A stretch of DNA of 64,000 bases, from positions 75,344 through 139,343 of the forward strand of contig JBFWNL010000009.1 of NCBI GenBank assembly GCA_050251055.1. Reading direction: 5' to 3'. Below are positions 47,789-56,648 of the stretch, piece by piece. Below the pieces are notes generated by a model. The model had not been told where the DNA came from, did no database searches, and saw only the letters and a list, made by a program, of their open reading frames with translations. The stretch's first letter is position 1, and each line of letters begins with the position of its first letter. The DNA comes from Bacteriovoracia bacterium. Its GTDB lineage: Bacteria; Bdellovibrionota; UBA1018; JBFWNL01. A program made the translations under genes and the position numbers.

Positions 47789-49383
47789 TCCGGAATCTCC
47801 AGTGCGAGCTCACCGTAGAGGGCCAGGCTCGTAGCCTCGGTAATCTTCACGTTCACGAGCTGACCGTTCAGGGCGCGCGTCATTTGATCCGGTGTCCGAC
47901 CGAGGACTTGCCCTGGAGACGCGATAAAGTTCACGATCCGATTGCAGGTCGTGCGGCCCGTGAAAACGCGGGCGGCGGTCGCCGAGTTCATGGACGGGTG
48001 CGCCGATCCCGAATCGCCGGGCACGCCCAAGCTGCTGGCTTCGCTGATGGCCGCCTTCGCGGCTTCCCGCTCGGCCATGAGTTGGTTTTTCGCCTCGCCT
48101 TCGACCAGCACTTCCATCGTCTGGCCGACCTTCGCGGCGTAACGCTTGGCGGAGATCCCGAGCTGGTAATCCAGCAGATAATTCAGCCGATCGGCCTTCA
48201 CTTTCTTCGGAACGTCGTCTTCCATCTTCGCCGCCTTGGTTCCAGGGCGCGGGGAATAGGCGAACGCGAAAATCATGTCGTACTGGATCGCGTCGAGCAG
48301 CTTTATGGTTTCTTGGAATTCTTCGTCCGTTTCCGTGGGGAATCCGACGATGAGATCCGTCGAAATGCCGACCAGCGGATTGAGTTCCTTCAAGCGACGC
48401 ATTTGGGCGATGTAGTCTTCGATTTTGTGGTGCCGGGACATTTTCTGCAAGACCCGATTGCTACCGCTTTGGACCGGCAGGTGTAAATGTTGCGCAAGCT
48501 TCGCCACCCCACCCTGGTCGGCCGGAGCGTAGCACTCGATTAACTGATCACTGAAGTCCAGTGGATGGCTCGACGTGAAGCGAATACGCTTAAGCTTCGC
48601 GCAACGCGGATCGGAATCGAGCGCGCGCAGCAGCTGCGGGAAGTTCTCCTCGCCCTCGCGCGGACCAACCTTGCCGATGCGGTTGCTGAGTTCGCGCGGC
48701 TCGCGGGCATAAGCATTCGGATTGCCCTTTCCGAAGGAGTTCACATTCTGACCAAGCAACGTCACTTCCGTCACGCCCTTTTCCACGAGCGCCGCCACGT
48801 CGTCGACCACTTCGTCGATGGTGCGCGATTTCTCACGGCCCCGCGTAAAAGGTACAATGCAGTAGCTGCAGTACTTGTCGCAGCCCTTCATAATATTGAC
48901 GAATGCTTGGGCCTTCTCGCCTACGACTTTCGTGCGCGTCGAATACTTCATCGACTTGTCGAAGTCGGCGAATACCGCGTGGCGCTTCCCGTGATCGACT
49001 TGATGGAGGATTTCCGGCAGCTCGTCGATCGCATCCGGGCCAAACACGAAGTCGAGATAAGGCGCGCGGTTGAAAAGCTGGTCTTTGGTAAGCTGCCCCA
49101 CGCAGCCACCCAACCCGATGAGCGGGCCGCGGCCGTTGTTCTTTAAGATTTGGAATCGCCCGAGGGCGGACACCGCCTTGTGTACGGCCTTCTCACGCAC
49201 GCTACAGCCGTTGACGAGGATTACGTCGGCGCGATCGGCGCTCGGAGCGGGGGTCATGCCCGTTTCCGAGAGCAGCGCTTCCATTCGCTCCGTGTCGGCG
49301 ACGTTCATCTGGCAACCAAAGGTTTGGATGAAGTATTTGCGCCCCGCGGGTGGCGTTTGCTGAGTTACTTCCATAGGTTGCAC
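47785..49383 (-). CDS. miaB: tRNA-2-methylthio-N6-dimethylallyladenosine synthase
   Basis: TFGCQMN, NGCSVREKA, GCDKYCSYCIVP radical SAM motif, RFTSSHP, HLPVQSGS, TRAM domain. Confidence 0.96.
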   Translation of the reverse strand: MQPMEVTQQTPPAGRKYFIQTFGCQMNVADTERMEALLSETGMTPAPSADRADVILVNGCSVREKAVHKAVSALGRFQILKNNGRGPLIGLGGCVGQLTKDQLFNRAPYLDFVFGPDAIDELPEILHQVDHGKRHAVFADFDKSMKYSTRTKVVGEKAQAFVNIMKGCDKYCSYCIVPFTRGREKSRTIDEVVDDVAALVEKGVTEVTLLGQNVNSFGKGNPNAYAREPRELSNRIGKVGPREGEENFPQLLRALDSDPRCAKLKRIRFTSSHPLDFSDQLIECYAPADQGGVAKLAQHLHLPVQSGSNRVLQKMSRHHKIEDYIAQMRRLKELNPLVGISTDLIVGFPTETDEEFQETIKLLDAIQYDMIFAFAYSPRPGTKAAKMEDDVPKKVKADRLNYLLDYQLGISAKRYAAKVGQTMEVLVEGEAKNQLMAEREAAKAAISEASSLGVPGDSGSAHPSMNSATAARVFTGRTTCNRIVNFIASPGQVLGRTPDQMTRALNGQLVNVKITEATSLALYGELALEIPE

Positions 49384-49463
49384 CTTGGGATACCATAGAA
49401 TCCGAACAAACCCTTATTTAAAATTTAATAGTAATTTCAGATAGATAAAGTATCCTGAGACTT

Positions 49464-50027
49464 GTGGCAAACGTCCTTTACCACTTCCCTGCCCGGGCCG
49501 GGCACGGAGCCCAGAAAGTCCCCCACCTGCTCTTCGGAGGAATCACGTGCTTTCTCCTCGCCATCGCTTGGATCAGCGCGCAATTTCGGCCGATCGCCGT
49601 CCCGCTCGGCACCGTCCTACCCGTATGGCTGACCTTCTGGCTTAGGGGGAGCCCCCGGTGGACGCGCTATCAAATTCGACCGGACGGGTTATTTGTGGGT
49701 CGCTACTTCTACCGCACGCTGATCCCCTACGGCGAGATTCGGAGTGTGGACATCCAATCGGGGCCGGAAGTTTTGGCCGAACTCCGAGCGAAGACCCCGT
49801 CCGAATCACCTTCTCCGCTTCAGCTGCGGCGAGCCTTGAACGCGACGTTACGTTACTCGTCCGTTCCCCAAAGTTATCGCCATGCGCACTCGCGTGTTAC
49901 CGGACTCCACCTCGCCGGGGATTTCGTAAAGTTGGAGCTCATGAACGGCAAAACGCTTCACCTCAGTCCGCTGGATTGCGATGGCCTGATGGGCCAGGTG
50001 CGAGAGATGATGACGACGGTGGGATAA
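49464..50027 (+). CDS. Membrane protein with bacterial PH-like domain
   Basis: Two TM helices then YQI..DGL.V.....IPY.EI..V and ..HLSP.D. Confidence 0.6.
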   Translation: MANVLYHFPARAGHGAQKVPHLLFGGITCFLLAIAWISAQFRPIAVPLGTVLPVWLTFWLRGSPRWTRYQIRPDGLFVGRYFYRTLIPYGEIRSVDIQSGPEVLAELRAKTPSESPSPLQLRRALNATLRYSSVPQSYRHAHSRVTGLHLAGDFVKLELMNGKTLHLSPLDCDGLMGQVREMMTTVG

Positions 50028-50119
50028 GATTGAATAAGGGGCGAGACAACTTGGACTTCCAGCGTATCCGCGATTTCCCAACCATTGCCGAACGGGGGAA
50101 CTTGGGCTACTCAAGGAAT

Positions 50120-50329
50120 ATGGCACCGAAGGGAAAAGCCCCCCTCTTAAAACTCTGCTACACTGCCCTGGCCGCGGTCAGTTTCGCGGTGGGGGCCTCT
50201 TCGGTCGTCACCGGACAATGGGAAACCATGCTCTATGCGGGCGGATTCCTGCTCGTGCTGTCGCTCCTCGCCCTAGGCCAAGCCGCCCTTCAAGGCTGCC
50301 GCAAATTCTTCGCGCGCGGCTCGACGTGA
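50120..50329 (+). CDS. Small 2-TM membrane protein
   Basis: AAGGA RBS before ATG 50120; two hydrophobic helices. Confidence 0.5.
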   Translation: MAPKGKAPLLKLCYTALAAVSFAVGASSVVTGQWETMLYAGGFLLVLSLLALGQAALQGCRKFFARGST

Positions 50330-50604
50330 TTCCCGTGCCTTCTCGCCTCCGCCTCGCCTTGATCGCATTCACGCTCCACGCACCAGGATTGATCCACTTC
50401 GCGAAGTACCGCCTCCGCCGCCAGACGCGCGCGCTTAACCTGGTGTTTCTAGGGGCTACACTTTTCGCGATGAGTTTTGTGGCGCCGGAGGAAGGCGGAG
50501 CCGGCATCTTGCGGGTCTGGCTAATTGGGCATTTCGCCTGGAGCGTCTTTTTGGCGGTGCTGGTTTATCGGGGAATAGGCGGCGTACCCGGCGCTAAAGC
50601 TTAA
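50326..50604 (+). CDS. Small membrane protein
   Basis: GTGA overlap with the previous stop; three hydrophobic segments. Confidence 0.5.
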   Translation: MIPVPSRLRLALIAFTLHAPGLIHFAKYRLRRQTRALNLVFLGATLFAMSFVAPEEGGAGILRVWLIGHFAWSVFLAVLVYRGIGGVPGAKA

Positions 50605-52522
50605 CCTGTAGCCCCAGCTCGATCACGTGATCGGGTGGGACGTGAAAGAACGCGGTCGCCGACTGCGCATTGCGGGACATGAGCGTGAAGAGCTTCTTGC
50701 GCCAGCGCCACATATTGGTTTGCCCCGGAATGAGCTTCACGGGCCCGGGCTTGCCCAAGATGATCGTTTCGCGCCCCAGGAAGAAGCTCACGTCGTCCCA
50801 GCGAATTTTCAACTCCGTGAACTCGCAACGTTTCAGAATCTCGAGCACGCTCGGGTTCTGCATGTAACCGTAACGCGCGACCAACTGGAAAAGACCGTGG
50901 CCCAGATTGGTCAACCGGCAGTGTTCTTCGGAAGGCACCGAGGGCACGTGTTCGTTGAGGATCGTGAGGAAAACCACCTGCTCGTGCAACGCTTTGTTGT
51001 GTTTCAGATGGTGCAGCAGGATCCCGGGCGCGATATTCCAGTTCGGCGTCATGAAGATGGCCGTGCCCTTCACGCGCGCGGGCGCCTCTTTCTTCACCTT
51101 GTCTATGAGCTCCCGAATCGGCATCGATTTGGCGAGCAACGTCGTGTAAAGCATCGTGCGGCCCTTCCGCCAGGTCGACATCAGCACGAAGAAAAAGACC
51201 CCCACGCCGATCGGCAACGCGCCGCCATGCATGATCTTCGCGAGATTCGCGCCCAGGAAAGAGAGATCGATCAAAAGAAAACCGCCCGTCGCGGCGAACG
51301 CCGCTAACCACGACCATTCCCAAATCCAACGCGACACCGCGAAAAAGAGTAACGACGTGATGACCATGGTTCCCGTCACCGCGATCCCGTAAGCACCGAC
51401 CAACCGGTCGGAGCTCTGGAAATAGAGGGTGATGGCGATGCAGGAGATCGCCAAAAATTGGTTGATCTTCGGAATGTAGATCTGGCCTTCGGTCGAAGCT
51501 GAAGTGTGCACGACTTTAAATCGCGGCAAAAATCCCAGCGCGGTCAGCTGGTGCGTCAGCGAGAAAACGCCCGAGATCAACGCCTGCGAAGCGATCACGG
51601 CCGCCATCGTCGCCAGGATCACCATCGGATAAAGCAGCATGCTGGGTACCATGCCGAAGAAGGGGTTCTTGATGATTTCCTCGCCTTTGGTAAGCAGCGC
51701 CGCGCCTTGGCCGAAATAGTTCAATAACAGCGCGGGAAACACCACGCGGTACCAAGCCATACGGATGGGTTTCTCCCCGAAGTGGCCCATGTCGGCGTAA
51801 AGCGCCTCGCCGCCCGTGATGCAAAGGACGACGACTCCCAGCGAAAGAAAGCCGTGGAATCCATTGTCGCGAAAGAACCGGATTGCTTCCCATGGATTAA
51901 TGGCACGCAGGATGTCGGGCTTCTGCAAAATCCAGTAAAGGCCCAACAGACCAATCGCCGTAAACCAGCTTAAGATGACCGGCCCAAACACCGCGCCTAC
52001 CTTAGCCGTGCCGAAGCGCTGGGGAAGAAAAAGCATGATAAGAACGGCCACCGTGATCGGAACGACGAACGGGGCGAACATCGGCGTGGCGGTCTGAAGC
52101 CCTTCCACCGCGCCCAATACGGAAATAACGGGCGTGATCATGCTATCGCCAAAGAGAAGCGACGCTCCGAATAAGCCACACAAGATGAAGTAGTAGATGT
52201 GCTTGTGCTCGGCGGAAGAGCGCATCTTGAAGATCAAAAGCGCCATGAGCGCGGTGACCCCACCTTCGCCCTCGTTGTGCACACGCATGAATACGGTCAA
52301 GTACTTCACTACAATGACGAGGGTGAGCGACCAGAAGAAAAGCGAAAGGATACCGAGCACGTTGTGCTCGGTCAGCACCAGCGCGCTGTGCCCGTAAAAA
52401 CATTCTCGCACGGCATAGAGCGGAGACGTACCGATGTCTCCATACACCACGCCCAAGGCCGCCATCGCCAAAGGCAGCATCTTTCCGGTTTTGGCAGAAT
52501 GCGGTTTCCGATCGGTTTTCAT
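50594..52522 (-). CDS. kup: KUP/HAK/KT potassium transporter
   Basis: ALGVVYGDIGTSPLYA, GEGG..AL, ITGGEALYADMGHFG, ASQALISG, GQIYIP; start uncertain (52522 or 52480). Confidence 0.96.
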   Translation of the reverse strand: MKTDRKPHSAKTGKMLPLAMAALGVVYGDIGTSPLYAVRECFYGHSALVLTEHNVLGILSLFFWSLTLVIVVKYLTVFMRVHNEGEGGVTALMALLIFKMRSSAEHKHIYYFILCGLFGASLLFGDSMITPVISVLGAVEGLQTATPMFAPFVVPITVAVLIMLFLPQRFGTAKVGAVFGPVILSWFTAIGLLGLYWILQKPDILRAINPWEAIRFFRDNGFHGFLSLGVVVLCITGGEALYADMGHFGEKPIRMAWYRVVFPALLLNYFGQGAALLTKGEEIIKNPFFGMVPSMLLYPMVILATMAAVIASQALISGVFSLTHQLTALGFLPRFKVVHTSASTEGQIYIPKINQFLAISCIAITLYFQSSDRLVGAYGIAVTGTMVITSLLFFAVSRWIWEWSWLAAFAATGGFLLIDLSFLGANLAKIMHGGALPIGVGVFFFVLMSTWRKGRTMLYTTLLAKSMPIRELIDKVKKEAPARVKGTAIFMTPNWNIAPGILLHHLKHNKALHEQVVFLTILNEHVPSVPSEEHCRLTNLGHGLFQLVARYGYMQNPSVLEILKRCEFTELKIRWDDVSFFLGRETIILGKPGPVKLIPGQTNMWRWRKKLFTLMSRNAQSATAFFHVPPDHVIELGLQVKL

Positions 52523-52544
52523 TGGCTTATGATGGCAGAATACC

Positions 52545-53312
52545 ATGCTTTTCTTGACCTTCCTTGGTCTTTTTGTGGGCGCTTTCGGCACGATGATCGG
52601 CACCGGGGGGGGCTTTATCCTCATGCCGATCTTTCTATTGCTGTACCCGGGGGAAAGTCCGACCCGCCTGACCGCCCTTTCCTTGGCGGTCGTCTGCTTA
52701 AATGCGATTTCCGGTACCTGGGCTTACCACCGGAAGCAGGCCGTGCATTTTCCGTCGGGCCTGGTCTTCGGCGCGGCCGCCATCCCTGGGTCACTCTTGG
52801 GCACGTTCGTCGTGGCGCGCGTTTCCAGCGCCGACTTTCAAAGCATCTTCGGCGTGTTCATGGTGATCGCCGCCGTCTATCTATTTCGCAAAACTTTCGA
52901 CGGGATCAAACGGCCCCACGTTTTCGACCCTGCCCAAGTCCGCGCCTTTCGACCCAACCTGCAGAAAGGCTCGGCGCTCGGATCGCTCGTCGGGTTCGCG
53001 TCGAGTACGCTCGGCATCGGTGGCGGAATCATCCTCGTGCCCGCGATGGTGCACGCCCTGAAGTATCCGGTGATGCTCGCCGCCGGTACATCGCAGCTGT
53101 TTTTGATCTCATCGAGCTTGGTGGCGTGCCTATCGAACTTTTTTCGAGGATCGCTCGATGGCCAGCTCGACAAGGTGATCCCGCTCGGATTCGGCGCGAT
53201 CGTCGGCGCCCAAGCCGGCGCGCATCTGGCCCGCCGAGTTTCCAGTAATTGGCTGCTCAGGTTGCTCGCGATTGCGGTGGCCGCCGCTGGCCTTCGTCTG
53301 TCGTTTTTTTAA
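52545..53312 (+). CDS. Sulfite exporter TauE/SafE family protein
   Basis: Duplicated G..G.GGG.I..P motifs (GTGGGFILMP, GIGGGIILVP); AAGTS. Confidence 0.9.
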   Translation: MLFLTFLGLFVGAFGTMIGTGGGFILMPIFLLLYPGESPTRLTALSLAVVCLNAISGTWAYHRKQAVHFPSGLVFGAAAIPGSLLGTFVVARVSSADFQSIFGVFMVIAAVYLFRKTFDGIKRPHVFDPAQVRAFRPNLQKGSALGSLVGFASSTLGIGGGIILVPAMVHALKYPVMLAAGTSQLFLISSSLVACLSNFFRGSLDGQLDKVIPLGFGAIVGAQAGAHLARRVSSNWLLRLLAIAVAAAGLRLSFF

Positions 53313-53316
53313 CGCC

Positions 53317-53799
53317 CTAAGCACGGGGAGGCCGTTGCACGACCTGGGACCCGAAGATCAGGTCGTGCAGCGCACGTTTGTCCCCACGTACTCCGGCCAT
53401 GATGTACCCGATCATCAGTGGAATCGCCGAAACGAGCTTGCCCAACGTATCGCGTAAGCCGGCGCGGAAGAAATCCAGATTTTGCCCCGTCTTCGTGTCC
53501 ACGACCACCATGTCGAAGATCATTTTGCCGGGAGTAGCGCCACGCGCACTGTAGAAGTACCCGTGGTAAAGAAATCCCACGCCCAAGCCCACGAGATAAC
53601 TCGCGCCTTGGAACATCCAATAGCCGGCCGATCCTCGCGGTCCCGCCACCTCCGCTCCCTGCAACACTCCCTTCAGGAGCGATTCCGCTCCTACGATCAT
53701 GCCTAGCACGAGGAGAAACGGCGCCTGGATCGCGGTGGTGATCAAGCCGTCGATCGCGGCGGCCACAAAGCGTTTCCAAAATCCAACTGGCATTTTCAT
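53317..53799 (-). CDS. RDD family protein
   Basis: GFWKRFVAAAID, GATPGKM, R..LRD, KRALHDLI.G. Confidence 0.92.
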   Translation of the reverse strand: MKMPVGFWKRFVAAAIDGLITTAIQAPFLLVLGMIVGAESLLKGVLQGAEVAGPRGSAGYWMFQGASYLVGLGVGFLYHGYFYSARGATPGKMIFDMVVVDTKTGQNLDFFRAGLRDTLGKLVSAIPLMIGYIMAGVRGDKRALHDLIFGSQVVQRPPRA

Positions 53800-53805
53800 C
53801 CCCTT

Positions 53806-54438
53806 TCAAAGCGCTGCGCGCGCAAAATCTTCCGGCGTATTCAAATTCTGCAGAACTCTTTGATCTTCAACCCGTACCCGACGCACCGATTCGCGCGGAA
53901 GCGCGCGTAAAAAGACATCCAACCGTGAGCCGTCGGCCGCGGTGCCCACGCCCAAGGTCCCCCGGAGAAGAACGGGGTGCCCTCCCTGGGTCACCCCATC
54001 GGTCTGCTCGCAGTAGGGCGCGGTTACGAGGGTCGCTTCCCCATCCATCGCCCCGGCAAGCTTCCGCCAAACTTCCGGGTGAGGGCAGGGTACGTCAACG
54101 GGAAGCACAAACGCGGCGTCGAGCGACCCGGCCACGGCCCAAGCCGCTTTCAGCGTCGAAAACGGACCGTGCTCGGGTCGCGGGTTGATCGCCACCCGAA
54201 GCCGTAAACCCTCGGCGTCGATCCAGTTCTCCATGGCGGTCCGCCAATCAGGAAAGCGCTCGAAATACTGCTCCGAACCAAAACCGAGTCCCAGCACGGC
54301 GTGCGTGACGCCAGCCGTCCGTAAGGCGCGAAGCTGATGGAGGATCCATGGTTCACCCCTCCGCTCAAAGAGCCCCTTTAAGACTCCGAGCCGTGAAGCC
54401 CGCCCTCCGGCGAGCAAGATGCAGGTCGTGGTCTTCAT
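53806..54438 (-). CDS. Molybdenum cofactor nucleotidyltransferase (MocA/PucB-like)
   Basis: ATG 54438; ILLAGGRASRLG..K, G...SL, PVDVP, GGHPVL, NLNTPED. Confidence 0.85.
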   Translation of the reverse strand: MKTTTCILLAGGRASRLGVLKGLFERRGEPWILHQLRALRTAGVTHAVLGLGFGSEQYFERFPDWRTAMENWIDAEGLRLRVAINPRPEHGPFSTLKAAWAVAGSLDAAFVLPVDVPCPHPEVWRKLAGAMDGEATLVTAPYCEQTDGVTQGGHPVLLRGTLGVGTAADGSRLDVFLRALPRESVRRVRVEDQRVLQNLNTPEDFARAAL

Positions 54439-55220
54439 GACCCGGAATGCTCCCCGGCTACTCCGTGGTACTTTTGCAAGAGCTCCGCCGCCAACGAAAT
54501 CGCCACTTCGGAGGGGGATTTTCCGCCCGTCGGCAAGCCCAGGGGACACTTGACACGGTTGATGCGTTCGCCCGAAATTCCTTTGGCTTCCATCCGCTGC
54601 TGGAATCGGGACCACTTGGCCTCGCTTCCGATCAATCCAATGTATTTCGCGGGAAGCTCCGACACCTTTTCGATGATCGCCTGATCGGTGTCGTGCCGAT
54701 AAGTCATCACCGCGACGTAGGTACGATCGGCATCCCAGATCGCCTCGCGCACGAACTCGTCCCATTCACATTCATGGCGAATCACCGCGTCCGAAAGCAC
54801 GGGAGATTGCACCCAGGTTTCGCGATCGTCGATGACGTGCACCAAAAACGGCGTGCCTTCCAAGATCCGGCAAACCGCCTGGGCGACGTGTCCGGCCCCG
54901 AACAGGTAAAGGCGCGGGCCGTGATTCATCGGTTCGAAAAAAAGGTCCATGGTTCCACCGCAGCATTGGCCGGTTTTGGCTCCGAGTGGATAACGTTCTA
55001 CTTTGGCCTGACCATTGGCGATGACCGTCTGCGCGTCTTGAATCGCCTGGTGCTCGAGATTACCGCCGCCGATCGTGCCCCAGATCGATCGGTCCGCCCG
55101 CACGAGCATCTTAGCGCCGGGTTCGCGGGGACCGGACCCGCTCACGGCCGTCACGGTCACGACCGCGAAGGGCTGGCCTTTCGCACGCAGCCTAATGAGT
55201 TCTCCGGCCCAATCCGTCAC
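54435..55220 (-). CDS. xdhC: Xanthine dehydrogenase accessory protein
   Basis: GS.PREPGAKM, GTIGGGNLE, GQCCGG, LFGAGHV, YIGLIGS..K, K.P.EVAIS. Confidence 0.92.
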   Translation of the reverse strand: MTDWAGELIRLRAKGQPFAVVTVTAVSGSGPREPGAKMLVRADRSIWGTIGGGNLEHQAIQDAQTVIANGQAKVERYPLGAKTGQCCGGTMDLFFEPMNHGPRLYLFGAGHVAQAVCRILEGTPFLVHVIDDRETWVQSPVLSDAVIRHECEWDEFVREAIWDADRTYVAVMTYRHDTDQAIIEKVSELPAKYIGLIGSEAKWSRFQQRMEAKGISGERINRVKCPLGLPTGGKSPSEVAISLAAELLQKYHGVAGEHSGS

Positions 55221-56128
55221 GCGCGGCCCTTTCCGCCCACTCGCTCTAAGAACTCCCGCAGCAGATTTCCCGAAACCTTCAAACGGTAGGCACGCGTGGA
55301 TCGAATATCGTCGATGGGGCCAATCTCCCGTTCCAGCGCGGAAACGGCAGATTCCACCAACGCCGGCGTCAGCTTCTGCCCGCGCAGCACAGACTCCGAG
55401 TGGCGCAGGCGGAGGGTCACCGGTCCCACGCTACCCACGACGATACGAACATCGGAAAGGGAGCCGGCGGGAACCGGGGATTTCCCACCTTTTGTAAGCG
55501 GCGCCGCCCAGGCCGCCATCACGACCTTGGAGATCGCCTGCGCCTTACGGGTCCCGACTTTGCGGTAATAATGATGGCCTTTCCAGCGTCCGCGCGGCAG
55601 GCGGATCGCGGCGAGCAATTCGTCCGGGCGCCGGGCCGTCTGCTTATAAGCCAAGAAAAACTCGGAGATCGGCACCGTGCGGGTACCGTCGCGCGACGCG
55701 AGCACCAGCTCCGCGTCGTAAGCCAGGAGCGCGGGGGGCGAATCGGCGGCAGGCGAAGCATTGATGATGTTCCCGCCCAGGGTACCGCGATTTTGAATTG
55801 CCCAAGCCCCGGTTTCTCGCGCCGCTTCGACCAACATCGGAAACTCGCGCGCCAGCACCGCGTGCTCACGAATCTCGGTGAAGGTGGTGAGCGCACCCAG
55901 CTCGATCCAGTTGATGGAAGTGCGAATCCCTTTCAGTTCGCGCAAGCCCAACAAGTTGAGATAACGCCCCGGCGGCAGCTGGCCCGTCTCGAAAACTACC
56001 ATGAGGTCGGTACCCCCGGCGAACGGGGTGAGGCTCTCGCTTGCGCCCGCAGCTTCGCCTAGAAGGGTAAGCGCCTCGGGAAGTTTGCGCGGGCTGAGCA
56101 TCTCGTAGTGCGGGACGTAGGCTCTCAT
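55217..56128 (-). CDS. Xanthine dehydrogenase family FAD-binding subunit
   Basis: AGGTDL, IQNRGTLGGN..NASPAAD, PIDDIRST..YR. Confidence 0.92.
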   Translation of the reverse strand: MRAYVPHYEMLSPRKLPEALTLLGEAAGASESLTPFAGGTDLMVVFETGQLPPGRYLNLLGLRELKGIRTSINWIELGALTTFTEIREHAVLAREFPMLVEAARETGAWAIQNRGTLGGNIINASPAADSPPALLAYDAELVLASRDGTRTVPISEFFLAYKQTARRPDELLAAIRLPRGRWKGHHYYRKVGTRKAQAISKVVMAAWAAPLTKGGKSPVPAGSLSDVRIVVGSVGPVTLRLRHSESVLRGQKLTPALVESAVSALEREIGPIDDIRSTRAYRLKVSGNLLREFLERVGGKGRA

Positions 56129-56135
56129 CGCATCC

Positions 56136-56648
56136 TCACTTCGGGTGCCCCGAACTCGTGGGCTTCTGCCCGCACGCCTTGCGGACGGCGTCGAAAATTT
56201 TCATGTAACCGGTACAACGACAAAGATTGCCCGATAGCCCCTCTTGAATGTCTTCGGTTTTCGGCCGCTTATTCCCCTGCAGGAGATTCGCCGTGGCCAA
56301 GATCATGCCGGGCGTGCAGATGCCGCACTGGGCGCCTCCGCACTCCACGAAAGCCTTCTGCACCCGCGAGAGCTCGCGCTTTCCCGCCACCCCCTCGATC
56401 GTGGTGATCGTCGCGCCTTCTACCTGGGCCACCGGCACGAGGCAGCTATTGACCAAACGCCCGTCCAGCATCACCGAGCAGGCGCCGCACTCGCCTTCGC
56501 CGCAGCCTTCTTTAGTACCCGTGAGCTTCAACTCTTCGCGAAGCACGTCGAGCAGGCGGGCCATCGGATAGGCCGTGAAAGAACGACGCTTGCCATTCAC
56601 CTTGGCGCGGATGGAGACCATTTTGGAGATTTTTCGAATCTCAGCCAT
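56136..56648 (-). CDS. Xanthine dehydrogenase family [2Fe-2S] subunit
   Basis: GTKEGCGEGECGACSV, NSCL, QCGICTPG, GNLCRCTGY. Confidence 0.95.
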   Translation of the reverse strand: MAEIRKISKMVSIRAKVNGKRRSFTAYPMARLLDVLREELKLTGTKEGCGEGECGACSVMLDGRLVNSCLVPVAQVEGATITTIEGVAGKRELSRVQKAFVECGGAQCGICTPGMILATANLLQGNKRPKTEDIQEGLSGNLCRCTGYMKIFDAVRKACGQKPTSSGHPK

